From Chiloscyllium plagiosum (lineage: Eukaryota), in NCBI RefSeq assembly GCF_004010195.1, contig NW_025215115.1:1-38083 (forward strand): a DNA stretch of 38,083 bases, in the 5' to 3' direction. A program made the translations under genes and the position numbers. This document shows, one piece after another, positions 10,188 to 22,841 of this stretch (the stretch's first letter is position 1; every line of letters starts with the position of its first letter). A model generated the notes under the pieces. It saw only the letters and a list, made by a program, of their open reading frames with translations. It was not told the DNA's origin and did not search any database.

Positions 10188-10505
10188 CTAGAATCCCTAC
10201 AGTGTGGAAACAGGCCTTTTGGCCCAACAAGTCCACACCGACCCTCCAAAGGGTAACCCACCCAGACCCATTCCCCTACCCTAACCTACCCTATATTTAC
10301 CCCTGACTAATGCACCTAACCCATGGACACTATGGGTAATTTGGCATGGCCAATCCACCCTAACATCTTGGACTGTGGGAGGAAACCCATACAGACACTG
10401 GGAGAATGTGCAAACTCCACACATTCAGTTGCCCTGAGGCTGGAATCGAACCCGGGTCCCTGATGCTGTAACACAGAGGCACAAACCACTGAACCAACAC
10501 GCCAC
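10188..10505 (-). mobile_element. HE1-like V-SINE
   Basis: Near full-length reverse-complement copy. Confidence 0.85.
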
Positions 10506-10741
10506 CAATTTTCACCTACCATTTCTCATTCTTGTACATTTGTGCTATGTAGCATCCATCTTAACATTGAACAGTGCAGCACAGTACAGGCCCTTCAGCC
10601 CTCGATGTTGTGCCAACCTTTGATCCTATTCTAAGATCAAACGAACCTGCACACCCTACATTCTACTGTCATAGACTTAGGAAACTATCCACATGTTCTT
10701 CCTTTATTCCTTTCCAGCTTGACTCTCTCCCTTATAAAACT

Positions 10742-11070
10742 AAGGCTCAGTGGTTAGCACTGCTGCCTCACGGTGCTAGGGGACCTGGGTTCGATTCCAG
10801 CCTTGGGCTATTGTCTTTGTAGAGTTTGCACATTCTCCCCTGTGTCTGCATGAGTTTCCTCTGGTTGTGCTGGTTTTCTCCCACAGTCCAAAGATGTGCA
10901 GGTTAGGGCGAATTGGCCATGCTAAATTGCCCATAGTGTCCAGGGATGTGCAGGTATAGTGCATTAGTGTGGGGTAAATGTCGAGCAATAAGGGTCTGGG
11001 TGGGTTACTCTTCAGAGGGTTGGTATGGACTTGTTAGGCCGAGTGACTTGTTTCCACACTGTAAGGGTTC
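10742..11070 (+). mobile_element. HE1-like V-SINE
   Basis: ggctcagtggttagcactgctgcc head through the tail. Confidence 0.85.
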
Positions 11071-11242
11071 CATGCTCTCATTCATTCAATGTTTGTATTC
11101 ATTGACTCATTCATCCATTCAAGAATTTTAAAAAAGTAAAACTGAGCTGTTACGGCATTGTGCAGCACAGAAGCAGACCCTTCAGTTCAACTCGTCCAGA
11201 TGTCCTAACTTAATCTAGTCCCCTTTGCAGCACTTGGCCCAT

Positions 11243-11530
11243 ATGGGTGGCACAGTGGTTAGCACTGCTGCCTCACAGTGCCAGAGACCTGGGTTCAATT
11301 CCTGCCTCAGGCAACTGTCTGTGTGGAGTTTGCACATTGTCCACCGTATCTGCGTGGGTTTCCTCCCACAGTCCAAAAATGTGCAGGTCAGGTGAATTGG
11401 CCATGCTAAATTGCCTGTAGTGTTAGGGGAATGGATAAACATAGTGGAATGGGTCTGGGTGGGTTGCTCTTCGGAGGGTCGGTGTGGACTTGTTGGGCCA
11501 AAGGGCCTGTTTCCGCACTGTAAGTAATCT
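11243..11530 (+). mobile_element. HE1-like V-SINE inserted in a minus-strand LINE tail
   Basis: Full head-core-tail; LINE tail sequence on both sides. Confidence 0.85.
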
Positions 11531-11575
11531 AAACCCTTCCAATTCGTGTCCCCATCCAGATGCCTTTTAAATGTT

Positions 11576-11855
11576 AGAAAATCACACAACACCAGGTTCT
11601 AGTCCAACAGGTTTATTTAGAATTAGAAGCTTTCGGATTGCTGCTCCTTCGTCAGGTAGCTAGTGCGACAGGAACATATGATACAGATTTCCAGTAAAAG
11701 ATCAAACAACTGATGCGATGTGTTGAACAAACCTAGATTTCTGTTAAGTCTGTAATCACTTAGAATGGGGCTGCAGTTTCTGATTGATTATTATGTAAAT
11801 CCCAGAACTTCTGTCAAGTCACTGCCCCGAGTTAACTTAAGATTTTATCAGTGGA
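11576..11855 (-). mobile_element. Penelope-like repeat (second family) with a hammerhead-like core at ~11628-11656
   Basis: aaaatcacacaacaccagg...gtccaacaggtttattt recurs at 17810 and 33060; minus strand CTGACGA-aggagcagcaatcc-GAAA-gctt. Confidence 0.55.
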
Positions 11856-11864
11856 TAAAAAAAG

Positions 11865-12292
11865 TGTCGTAATTGTACCAGCCTCCATCCTCTGGCATCT
11901 CTTTCCATACATGCACTGCTCTCTGGGTGAAAAGGTTGCCCCTCAGGTCCCTTTTAACCCTCTCACCTTAAAACTATGCCCTCTAGTTCTGGACTCCCCC
12001 ACTCCAGGGAAAAGACCTTATCTCTTTTCCTTCATGATTTTACAAATCTCTATAAGGCTGCCGACGCTCCAGGGAAAGCAGCCCCAGCCTACTCAGCCTC
12101 TTCCTGTAGCTCAAACTCTCAAATGTCCCTGTAGACCTTTTCCAAACCCTTTCAAGTTTCACGACGTCCTTCCTGCAGCAGGGAGACCAGAATTGCACGC
12201 AGTATTCCAAAAGTGGCCTGACCAATGTCCTGTACAGCCGCAACATGACCTCCCAACTCCACTACTCAATGCTCTGACCAATAAAGGCAACG
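11865..12292 (-). mobile_element. CR1/HER1-like LINE fragment
   Basis: ORF 12040..12246(-) LYRTLVRPLLEYCVQFWSP. Confidence 0.88.
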
Positions 12293-12557
12293 CACACTTT
12301 GTCTTTTCTGTTAATTAGTTTTGTTTCAACCTTGCCCTGCCTAAAACAGTCCACTCTTTTGTTTTTGTCTGTCTTGTTTCAAACGTCCCTCGCCATTGGC
12401 TGGCCAGTACTGCACCTCCCTTGACTGACCCGTTCAAAATCCACCCAGTCGCTGGTGCCTGAGCAGAATATACTCTGGTGTTAGGGTATCAGCAGTGTCC
12501 CTCCAGCAACCAGTGTCCCTCCAGCCTTTATCTTTCCAGACCAGTTGCCTTGAGCAA

Positions 12558-13220
12558 ATGTTCCCTTGAAAGTAGAGTTGTAGGTAGACAGGATAGTGAA
12601 GAAGGCGCCAGTGAACTGTAGTGAACTATATGCTTCCCATTATTGGTCAGTGCATTGAGTACAGGAGGTCATGTTGCATTGGTTAGGGCAACTTTTGGAA
12701 TATCGTGAGCAGTTCTGGTCTCCCTGCTACAGGAAAGATGTTGTGAAACTTGAAAAGGTTCAGAAAAGATTTACAAGGACGTTGCCAGGGTTTGGGCTAC
12801 GGGGAGAGGCTGAACAGGCTGGGGCTGTTTTCCCTGGAGTGTCAGAAGCTGAGGGGTGACCTTAAAGAGGTTTATAAAATCATGAGGGGCATGGGTAGGG
12901 TAAATAAACAAAGTCTTTTCCCTGGGGTGGGGGACTCCGGAACTGGAGAGGCATAGGTTTAGGGTGAGAGGGGAAAGATATAAAAGGAGGGACAACTTTT
13001 TCACGCAGAGGGTGGTGCGTATATGGAACAAGCTGCCAGAGGAAGTGGTGGAGGCTGGTACAATTACAGCATTTAAAAGGCATTTGGATGGGTATATGAA
13101 TAGGAAGGGTTTGGAGGGATATGGGCCAGGTGCTGGCAGGTGGGACTAGGTTGGGTTGGGATATCTGGTTGGCATGGACGGGTTGGACCGAAGGGTCTGT
13201 TTCCCTGCTGTACATTTCTA
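12558..13220 (+). mobile_element. CR1/HER1-like LINE 3' fragment
   Basis: Frameshifted ORFs QFWSPCYRKDVVKLEKVQ, LRGDLKEVYKIM, FFTQRVVRIWNKLP. Confidence 0.9.
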
Positions 13221-13662
13221 TTCTGGTCTCTATTCTAGACTCTTCTACTCAATTCCACAACCAACAAAGGCAAGTGTGACATACATCATCTTTACCACGC
13301 TATCTACTTCCGTGGCCACTTTCAGAGAGCTAAGGACATGAACCCTAAGATCCCTCTGAGCATCAATACGGTTCAGGGTCCTGCCTTTAACTGTAAACTT
13401 TTCCTTAGCATCTGGACTCCCAAAGTATTTTCAAACATTTTATTTTAAGTGAGTGAGGCCATATTAGGTAGGACGTAATAACAAAAAGGAGGCAATCACA
13501 CAACAGACTCTTCAACAAAATATAAGCACTTACCCCAGTGAGGCAGTAGTGTGAGGATAAAGAAAAAACAGATTTTTAAAAATTGTAAAATGTATAACCA
13601 GGATAGAAAAAAAAATGAAAATCACTACCGCAGTTAGGCGATAGTGTGGAGAGAGAAAAAAG

Positions 13663-13663
13663 T

Positions 13664-13696
<33 letters not shown>
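13663..13696. repeat. (TA)n microsatellite
   Basis: Direct reading. Confidence 0.95.
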
Positions 13697-13697
<1 letters not shown>

Positions 13698-13699
13698 CT

Positions 13700-13870
13700 G
13701 GGGGATTAAGGTCCAGGGGATTAAGAATCTCCTCAGTTCAGGCAGGCTGGGCCACAGTCTGTATGTTACTGTTAACCTGGGACAATCAGGAAAGCCCTGG
13801 CTGACTGATAGAACCAGGAGATTCGCAATCTCCTCAGTTTAGAGCACTGACTCTGTGCTCCTGCTTAAAG
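13700..13870 (+). mobile_element. Possible LTR fragment
   Basis: caatcaggaaagccctggctgactgatagaaccaggag resembles the CAAT/TATA-region of shark LTRs, by recollection only. Confidence 0.3.
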
Positions 13871-13877
13871 AAAAGAC

Positions 13878-14165
13878 ACCACGGTGGCTCAGTGGTTAGC
13901 ACTGCTGCCTCACAGCACTAGGATCCCAGGTTCGATTCCAGCCTCAGGCAACTGTCTGTGTGGAGTTTGCACATTCTCCCCCAGTGTCTGCCTGGGTTTC
14001 CTCCCACAGTCACAAAGCTGTGCAGGTCAGGTGGATTGACCATGCTAAATTGCCCATCGTGTTAGGTGCATTACTCAGAGGGAAACGGGTTACCCCTTCA
14101 GAGGGTCGGTGTGGATCGGTTGGGCCGGAGGGCCTGTTCCCACACTGTAGGGAATCGAACCTAAC
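13878..14165 (+). mobile_element. HE1-like V-SINE
   Basis: Head-core-tail. Confidence 0.85.
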
Positions 14166-14259
14166 CAGTACAACACTGGGTTACAGTCCAGCAGTTTTAT
14201 TTGAAATCACAAGGCCCTTCTGACCTTGTCCACTCCAGTCCAACACCGGCACTCCACAT

Positions 14260-14810
14260 CATCCGGAGGGAGATCTGGAAACCTAGATATGTAGGCAACT
14301 CTCAGAGACGTGTAAAAGCGAACATGGAATGCTGGTGGGGATGTCAACCTTCTCTGTATGAACTGGGAGCGTCAATGTGCGGAAGATCGAGAAATTCTTG
14401 GAATGCGTCCAGAACTTTTTAACGCCGGTTAAATTCTCCAAGAAAAGAGGCAGTGCTGGACAGAAATTTAGGGAAGGCAGGCAGGGAAATGGTAGATGTG
14501 GCAGGCATTTGGGGAATAGTGACCATAATGCAATGAGATTTTATCTAATTACAGTTCAGGAAAAAGACAGACCGGAAATGAAGGTTCCATTGTGAGGCCG
14601 ATTTGAATCTGACAAGACAGGATGTGGCCAAGGTGGACTGGGGTACGTTACTGGCAGGAAAATCGACCGGAGTGCAGTGGGAGAACATTCCAAAGTGGAA
14701 CAGTGAGAGGGCAGGACCAATACCTACCTGTAAAGAGAGAGGATGGGACCAAAAGTGCCAGAGAACTCTGGATGTCAAGGGATGTATCGGAAGAGACTCA
14801 AGACACAAAA
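14260..14810 (+). mobile_element. Old CR1 LINE ORF2 fragment (end of the endonuclease region)
   Basis: ORF 14377..14595 has FLECVQNFL and HLGNSDHNAMRF (APE SDH motif). Confidence 0.7.
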
Positions 14811-14837
14811 TCATTGACCAGAAACTGACCTTGGAAT

Positions 14838-15138
14838 TGGCACGGTGGCTCAGTGGTTAGCACTACAGCACCAGGGTCCCAGGTTCGATTCCAGCGTCGG
14901 GCCACCATCTGTGCGGAGTTTGCACATCCTTCCCCCAGTGTCTGCGTGGGTTTTCTCCGGGTGCTCCAGTTTCCTCCCACACTCCAAAGGATGTGCAGGT
15001 CAGGTGGATTGGCCATGCTAAGTTGCCCATAGTGCATCATTCAGAGGGAAATGGTTCTGTGTGGATTACTCTTTGGAGGGTTGGTGTGGACTTGTTGAGC
15101 CAAATGGCCTGTTTCTACATTTCAGGGTATCTAATCTG
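14838..15138 (+). mobile_element. HE1-like V-SINE
   Basis: Head-core-tail. Confidence 0.85.
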
Positions 15139-15139
15139 A

Positions 15140-17400
15140 ATGAGCCAGTTCAGGCTTTGGTGAGGCCCCAGCTGGAGTACCGTGGGCAGTTCCAACCCCC
15201 CAACCCCACACACTATAGGAAGGATGGGACCCTACTGGAGGGGTGGGGGATGCAGAGGGAGATTCACCAGAATGTAACCTGGAATGAAGCAGAGAAGAGA
15301 GGCCGAATAAACTTGGGATGTTTCCTTTAGAGCAGGGGAATCCTGATAGACATGGATAAGAGTCAGTAACAAGGGAGCATGGTATTAAAGTGAAAAGTAG
15401 GAGGTTTTGAGGAAACCATTTTTTTCATCCAGAGGTTGGGTTGAGCAATCTTTCAGAGCCATAAGGTCATGTGGCAGCTGTACAAAACTCTGGTGCGGAC
15501 ACACTTGGGGTATCGCATACAGTTCTGGTCACCGCATTATAGGAAGGATGTGGAAGCTTTGGAAAGGGTGCAGAGGAGATTTATCAGGATGTTGCCTGGT
15601 TTAGAGGGAAAGTCTTATGAGGAAAGGCTGAGGGACTTGAGGCTGTTTTTGTTAGAGAGAAGAAGGTTAAGAGGCGACTTAATAGAGACATGGATGTTAT
15701 GAAACTTGAAAGGGTTCAAAAACGATTTACGAGGATGTTGCCAGGGTCGGAGGGTTTGAGCTATAGGGAGAGGCTGAACAGGCTGGGGCTGTTTTCTCTG
15801 GAGCGGAAGCTGAGGGGTGACCTTACAGAAGTTTCTAAAATCCTGACGGGGCATGGATAGGATAAATAGACAAGGTCTTGTCCCTGGGGTGGGGGAGCCC
15901 AGAACTAAAGGGGCATAGGTAGAGGGGAAGGATTTAAAGGAGACCTGAGGGACAACTTTTTCACGCAGAGGTTAGTACGTGTATGGAATGAGCTGCCAGA
16001 GGAAGTGGTGGAGGCTGGTACAATTGCAACATTTAAGAGGCATTTGGATGGGTATATGAATAGGAAGGGTTTGGAGGGATATGGGCCGGGTGCTGGCAGG
16101 TGGGACGAGATTGGGTTGGGATATCTGGTCGGCATGGACAGGTTGGACTGAAGGGTCTGTTTCCATGCTGTACATCTCTATGACTCTATGGCATAAAAAG
16201 ATAATCAGAGGGTTAGATAGGGTGAACAGTGAGAGCCTTTTCCCTCGGATGCTGACGGCTAGCACGAGGGGACATAGCTTTAAATTGAGGGGTGATAGTT
16301 ACAGGACAAGGTTCCCCATGGTAGGCTTCTGCAAAAAATACGGAGGTATGGCATTGAGGGTGAGTTGGAGGTTTGGATTAGCAATTGGCTGGCTGGAAGA
16401 AGACAGAGGGTAGTAGTTGATGGTAAAGGTTCATCTTGGAGTGCAGTTACTAGCGGTGTTCCGCAAGGATCTGTTTTGGGACCATTGCTGTTTGTCATTT
16501 TTATAAATGACCTGGAAGAGGGGTTAGAAGGTTGGGTGAGCAAGTTTACGGATGATACGAAAGTCGNNNNNNNNNNNNNNNNNNNNNNNNNNNNNNNNNN
16601 NNNNNNNNNNNNNNNNNNNNNNNNNNNNNNNNNNNNNNNNNNNNNNNNNNNNNNNNNNNNNNNNNNNNNNNNNNNNNNNNNNNNNNNNNNNNNNNNNNNN
16701 NNNNNNNNNNNNNNNNNNNNNNNNNNNNNNNNNNNNNNNNNNNNNNNNNNNNNNNNNNNNNNNNNNNNNNNNNNNNNNNNNNNNNNNNNNNNNNNNNNNN
16801 NNNNNNNNNNNNNNNNNNNNNNNNNNNNNNNNNNNNNNNNNNNCTTGATCGAGGTGTACAAGATGATTAGGGGTTTAGATAGGGTTGACCATGAGAACCT
16901 TTTTCCACGTATGGAGTCAGCTATTACGAGGGGGCATAGCTTTAAATTAAGGGGTGGTAGGTATAGGACAGATGTTAGGGGTAGATTCTTTACTCAGCGA
17001 GTCGTGAGTTCATGGAATGCCCTGCCAGTAGCAGTGGTGGATTTATGGGCATTTAACGGGCATTGGATAGGCATATGGAGGATAGTGGGCTAGTGTAGGT
17101 TAGGTGGGCTTGGATCGGCGCAACATCGAGGGCCAAAGGGCCTGTACTGCGCTGTATTCCTCTATGTTCTATGACAGGCGTCAGAGGTAGGTTCTTTACT
17201 CAGGGAGTAGTATGGGTATGGAATGCCCTGCCTGCAACTGTAGTGGACTCACCAACTTTAAAGGGCATTTAAATGACCATTAGATAAACAAATGGATGAA
17301 AATGGATGGGGATGGGCTTCAGATTGGTTTCACAGGTCGGCGCAACATCGAGGGCCGAAGGGCCTGTACTGCGCTGGAATGTTCTCCGTTCTACATGAGA
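15140..17400 (+). mobile_element. Nested CR1-clade LINE fragments including the RT core
   Basis: [21 protein letters not shown]...SKFTDDTKV at 16365-16566; several stacked 3' ends. Confidence 0.9.
16567..16843. other. Assembly gap (277 N)
   Basis: Run of N within the LINE. Confidence 1.
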
Positions 17401-17519
17401 GTAAGCTAGCGAGTAATATAAAAGAAGATTGCAAGAGTTTTTTTTTAAGATCTATAAAAGGTGTTAGGGGTAGATGTGGAGGTGAGGTGTTGGACTGGGG
17501 TGGGGGTGGAGGTGGCGGA

Positions 17520-17805
17520 GACCCTCACAGCACCAGAGACCCGGGTTCAATTCCCGCCTCAGGCGACTGACTGTGTGGAGTTTGCACGTTCTCCCCGTGT
17601 CTGCGTGGGTTTCCTCCGGGTGCTCCGGTTTCCTCCCACAGTCCAAAGATGTGCAGGTTAAGGCGAATTGGCCATGCTAAATTGTCTGTAGTGTTAGGTG
17701 GATTAGTCAGGGGTAAATGTAGCGGGGGGGTTGCTCTCCGGAGGGTCGGTATGGACTTGTTGGGCGGAAAGGACCTCTTTCCACACCGTAGGGAATCTAA
17801 TCTGA
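17520..17805 (+). mobile_element. HE1-like V-SINE
   Basis: Well-preserved core tgtgtggagtttgcacgttctccccgtgtctgcgtgggtttcctccggg. Confidence 0.88.
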
Positions 17806-18644
17806 AGTTAAAAATCACGCAACACTGGGTTATAGTCCGACAGGTTTATTTGGAAGCACCAGCTCATGGAGCAGGATCAGAAGACACAGAATAGAACATA
17901 GAACATTCCAGCGCAGTACAGGCCCTTCGGCCCGCGATGTTGCGCCGACCTGTCATACCAACCTGAAGCCCATCTATCCTACACTATTCCATGTATGTCC
18001 ATTTATAGTAAAATTTATAGTAAAAGATCAGTGTCATACAATTGAAACGAAACCTGCAATCCATTCTAAAGAATGAAAGACTTAGCAGCATCACATGCAC
18101 ACACTCATTCTCTTTCTCTACCTTCCTCACACACACAGTACCTCTCTCTCTCACACTTGCACATCCCCTGCATGCACACACGCACAGCCTCTGTACACAC
18201 ACAAACACACATTCTCTGCCCCTCACACACACAAACATATATAAGTCAATGGGGTGAATTTGCAGAATTATATTTGCAAATACATTCTATTTTTGCTCAA
18301 AAAGCGCACAACCTGCAGGCAGTCAATGATATGTAACATTTTATAAATTGGACTGACGCTCCAAGGCCGCAGAGCAAGTTGCAGAAATGGAGCCAGCATC
18401 AATTTAGCAGAGCTTTGCCAGCACGGACCCACTGAGCCGAAGAGCCTCTCAGCACCCTCCACGATCCTCCGAGACGTTTCAACTTCCCTGGAGCTTCAGG
18501 ACATTGGGGAGGTGGGCTGGAAAAGCACCGAGATTCACCCACACGCAAGTGTTCCGGTGACCTGACTGTGGAAAAGAGTGCTCTGACCTGTTGAAAACCT
18601 GATAGTCTGCCGCAGGTCATTTGTCTGTATATTTCCATGTGTGG

Positions 18645-19585
18645 TACAACCGATTATCTGAACGATGGGAGTATCTCGATCGGATAACTGATCTGTCGTA
18701 CGCACGCGGTAATTTGAGTGCCAATTATCAAACATTTCATACGGACGATCCCTGGAATGGTAGGCCTAACATACCATGAATGGCTGATGATCCTGGGATT
18801 GTATTCATTCAAGGGGACATAAAGTTAAGGTGAAGGGTGGAAGGTATAGGGGAGACGTCAGGGGTGGGTTCTTTACCCAGAGAGTGGTGGGGGCATGGAA
18901 TGCGCTGCCTGTGGGAGTGGTAGAGTCAGAATCTTTGGTGACCTTTAAGCGGCAATTGGATAGGTACATGGATGGGTGCTTAAGCTAGGACAAATGTTCG
19001 GCACAACATCGTGGGCCGAAGGGCCTGTTCTGTGCTGTGTTGTTCTATGAGTTCAGAAGGTTAAAGGAGAGATCTAATAGTAACTTACAAAATAATGCAT
19101 GGCTTAGGAAGGGTGGACGCTGGGAAGTTGTTTCCATTAGGCGGGGAGACTAGGACCCGTGGGCACAGCCTTAGAATTAGAGGGGGTCAACTTAGAACGG
19201 AAATGAGGAGACATTTCTTCAGCCAGAGAGTGGTGGGCCTGTGGGATTTATTGCCACGGAGCGCAGTGGAGGCCGGGACGTTAAATGTCTTCAAGGCAGA
19301 GATTGATAATATCTTAATCTCGCAAGGAATTAAGGGATATGGGGCGGGTGCGGGTAAGTGACATTAAAATGCCCATCAGCCAGGATTAAATGGCGGAGTG
19401 GACCCACTGGCCTTACTTCCACTCCTATTTCTTATGGTCTTATGGTTATCCCCCAATACGCGCCATAATGCCATTTAACTGATAACTGAGTTGCCTAATG
19501 CCATTTTTACGGGATCTTGAGATCTTGTTCGGAAAATCCGAAATTCAGATAATTGCTGTCCGGATAATCGGAGGTTGTAACGTAC
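18645..19585. mobile_element. Probable Tigger/pogo-like non-autonomous DNA transposon split by nested LINE 3' ends (~18745-19445)
   Basis: Imperfect terminal inverted repeats tacaaccgattatctgaac (~18645) and gtccggataatcggaggttgta (~19558-19579); the interior carries LINE tails (FFSQRVVGLW). Confidence 0.5.
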
Positions 19586-19689
19586 ATGTCACTGTATTGT
19601 CAGATTAGAGATACATAGGTTTTTGAAAAACTTTTCCATTCACAGGAAGAGGGCGCTGTTGGTCAGGAAGTCATACATGTTTTGCCCCC

Positions 19690-19948
19690 TCATGTCTGTG
19701 CGGGTTTCCTCCCACAGTCCAAACACCCATAGTGCCCAGGGATGTGCAGATTAGGGGGAATTGGCCATGCTAAATTACCTAGTACACAGGGATATGCAGG
19801 TTAGGGTGGATTGGCTATGCTAAATTACCCATAGTGCAGGTTAGAGTGATCCGCTGTGAGAAATGCAGGGTTACAGGAACAGGGGACAAGTCTGGGAGGG
19901 TTACCCTTCAGAGGTAAAGTGTGGACATGTTGGGCCAAATGGCCTGCT
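19690..19948 (+). mobile_element. HE1-like SINE fragment with ~2 copies of the 52-bp unit
   Basis: Core plus repeated ttggccatgctaaattacc. Confidence 0.75.
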
Positions 19949-20224
19949 ATGGAACATGCGCTCCAATACAAATCAAAGTTATTCACTTCATCTACTTTAG
20001 GTACATACAAACTAATGAGTGACTTTATTATCTCATTCAACTTTCAATACAGTCAACAACTCAGTCTCACTGCCTTGCCTCCATTCCCCCAGAGTGCTGC
20101 GGATGACAGGGGGTGGAGAAAGTTTAAGGAAGAGAGAGAGACAGATTTTTAGCAGAAAAACCCACTGACCCCCACAACTACCTGGACTGCACCTCCTCCC
20201 ATCCAGAATCCTGCAAGAACTCGC

Positions 20225-20703
20225 CTCACTTTAGGAAAGATGTGGAAGCTTTGGAGAGGGTGCAGAGAAGATTTACCAGGGTGTTGCCTGGAATGGAGAG
20301 GAAGTCGTACAAGGATAGGTTGAGAGTTCTCGGCATTTTCTCGTTGGAACGGCGAAGGATGAGGGGTGACTTGATAGAGGTTTATAAGATGATCAGAGGA
20401 ATAGATAGAGTAGACAGTCAGAAACTTTTTCCCCGGGTACAACAGAGTGTTACAAGGGGACATAAATTTAAGGTGAAGGGTGGAAGGTATAGGGGAGATG
20501 TCAGGGGTGGGTTCTTTACCCAGAGAGTGGTGGGGGCATGGAATGCGCTGCCCGTGGGAGTGGTAGAGTCGGAATCATTGGCGACCTTTAAGCGGCATTT
20601 GGATAGGTACATGGATGGGTACTTAATCTAGGTTAGAAGTTCGGCACAACATCGTGGGCCGAAGGGCCTGTTCTGTGCTGTATTGTTCTATGTTCTATGT
20701 TCT
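20225..20703 (+). mobile_element. Young CR1-clade LINE 3' end
   Basis: Uninterrupted ORF 20242..20631 (ALERVQRRFTR...RGDLIEVYKM...WNALP) and (tgttcta)n tail. Confidence 0.92.
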
Positions 20704-20704
20704 A

Positions 20705-21085
20705 ACTCCCACCCATTCTCCCTATTCCTCCATCTCTGCCGCATCTGCTCGCATTCCACTCGTGAGCATCCCAGATGTCCACCGAATTTGAACAAAGTGC
20801 TTTTCCTCCCTTGGTCATCCAGACCACCCCCATTCCACTGCTCTAAACCCCCCTCCCTTCCAACGCAATAATGACAGAGTCCACCTACTACCCCACCAGT
20901 CTACACTCCAACGCATCATCCTTAAACATTTCTGCCAACTCCAAATAGACCCCACCACCAAGAACATCTTCCCCTTCGCACCCCTCACTGCCTTCCACAA
21001 GGACCATTCCCTTCGACAGTCCTTGGCTTGCATCACTCTCCTCACCGATCCCCCGAACCACATGTACCTCTTCCTGCCTCATTTT
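20705..21085 (+). mobile_element. Penelope-like element ORF relic (RT thumb to GIY-YIG linker)
   Basis: Plus frame reads ILKHFCQLQIDPTTKNIFPFAPLTAFHKDHSLRQSL, preceded by PFSLFLHLCRICS. Confidence 0.7.
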
Positions 21086-21216
21086 CATGTGTTCCTCTTC
21101 AATTGCTTATTGCCATGCACAATTAACCCTCCCACTTCACCCACTGTCCGAATGAACACGGTTCAGTCCTGAATGTGATTCTCAGCAGCAAGAACAGCAG
21201 AATCCAAATGCTGTCT

Positions 21217-21728
<512 letters not shown>

Positions 21729-22841
21729 TCAAGTGAACGGCCTCTCCCTGGTGTGCACTCGTTTGTGTGCCACCAGTGAACAAGACTGCGTGAATGCCTT
21801 CCCACATTCAGAGCAGGTGAACGGCCTCTCCCCGGTGTGAACACGCCGATGTGTCAGCAGCGAAGAAGACAACGTGAATCTCTTCCCACAATCTAAGCAA
21901 GTGAACGGCCTCTCCCCGGTGTGAACTCGGCGGTGTCTCCGCAGGTAGGAGAAATGAGTGAAACGCTTCCCACAGTCAGAGCAGGTGAACGGCCTCTCCC
22001 CGGTGTGAATGTGCTGGTGCACCAGCAGCTTGGACGATGAACTGAATCCCTTCCCGCACTCGGAGCAGGTGAATGTCCTCTCCCCGGTGTGAACCTGCCT
22101 GTGTGCCACCAGGGAAGAGGACTGAGTGAATCCCTTCCCGCAATCTGAGCAGGTGAACGGCCTCTCCCCGGTGTGCACCCGCTGGTGAGCCACCAGGGAA
22201 GAAGACCGAGTGAATCTCTTCCCGCAATCCGTGCAGGTGAACGGCCTCTCCCCGGTGTGAACTCTCTGGTGTCTCCGCAGGTCAGAGGAAATATTGAATC
22301 CCTTCCCACAGTCAGAGCAGGTGAACAGCCTCTCCCCGGTGTGAACACGCTGGTGTGACAGCAGGTGGCACGACTCAGTGAACCCCTTCCCGCACTCGGA
22401 GCAGGTGAACGGCCTCTCCCCGGTGTGTAGTCGCTGGTGCTTCAGCAGGTAGAACGACTCAGTGAATCCCTTCCCGCACTCGGAGCAGGTGAACGGTCTC
22501 TCCCCGGTGTGAACCCGCTGGTGCGCCAGAAGCCTGGAGGATGCACTGAACCCCTTCCCGCACTCGGAGCAGGTGAACGGCTGCTCGCCGGTGTGCACTC
22601 GCTGGTGCGCCAGCAGCGACGAAGACCGAATGAATCCCTTCCCACAGTCTGAGCAAGTGAACGGCCTCTCCCCGGTGTGAACTCTCCGGTGTCTCTGCAG
22701 GTCAGAGGAAAAAGTGAATCCCTTCCCACAGTCAGAGCAGGAGAACGGCCTCTCCCCGGTGTGAACACGCCGATGACGCTCCAGCTCAGATGGATACCTG
22801 TACCGTTTCCCACAGTCCCCACACTGCCATGGCTTCTCCAC
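21729..22841 (-). CDS. C2H2 zinc-finger protein unit A, 13 intact fingers (370 aa if started at GTG 22841; start uncertain)
   Basis: 13 CxxC/HxxxH units in one frame; ends at a Cys-position TGA. Confidence 0.85.
   Translation of the reverse strand: MEKPWQCGDCGKRYRYPSELERHRRVHTGERPFSCSDCGKGFTFSSDLQRHRRVHTGERPFTCSDCGKGFIRSSSLLAHQRVHTGEQPFTCSECGKGFSASSRLLAHQRVHTGERPFTCSECGKGFTESFYLLKHQRLHTGERPFTCSECGKGFTESCHLLSHQRVHTGERLFTCSDCGKGFNISSDLRRHQRVHTGERPFTCTDCGKRFTRSSSLVAHQRVHTGERPFTCSDCGKGFTQSSSLVAHRQVHTGERTFTCSECGKGFSSSSKLLVHQHIHTGERPFTCSDCGKRFTHFSYLRRHRRVHTGERPFTCLDCGKRFTLSSSLLTHRRVHTGERPFTCSECGKAFTQSCSLVAHKRVHTRERPFT

Noticed and set aside
12310..12545. Unassigned segment with a short direct repeat (cagtgtccctccagc x2)
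   Set aside because: No ORF, RNA motif or second copy in the window; cannot be supported as a feature
16280..17093. ORFs spanning the N run
   Set aside because: Artefacts of the assembly gap within a LINE
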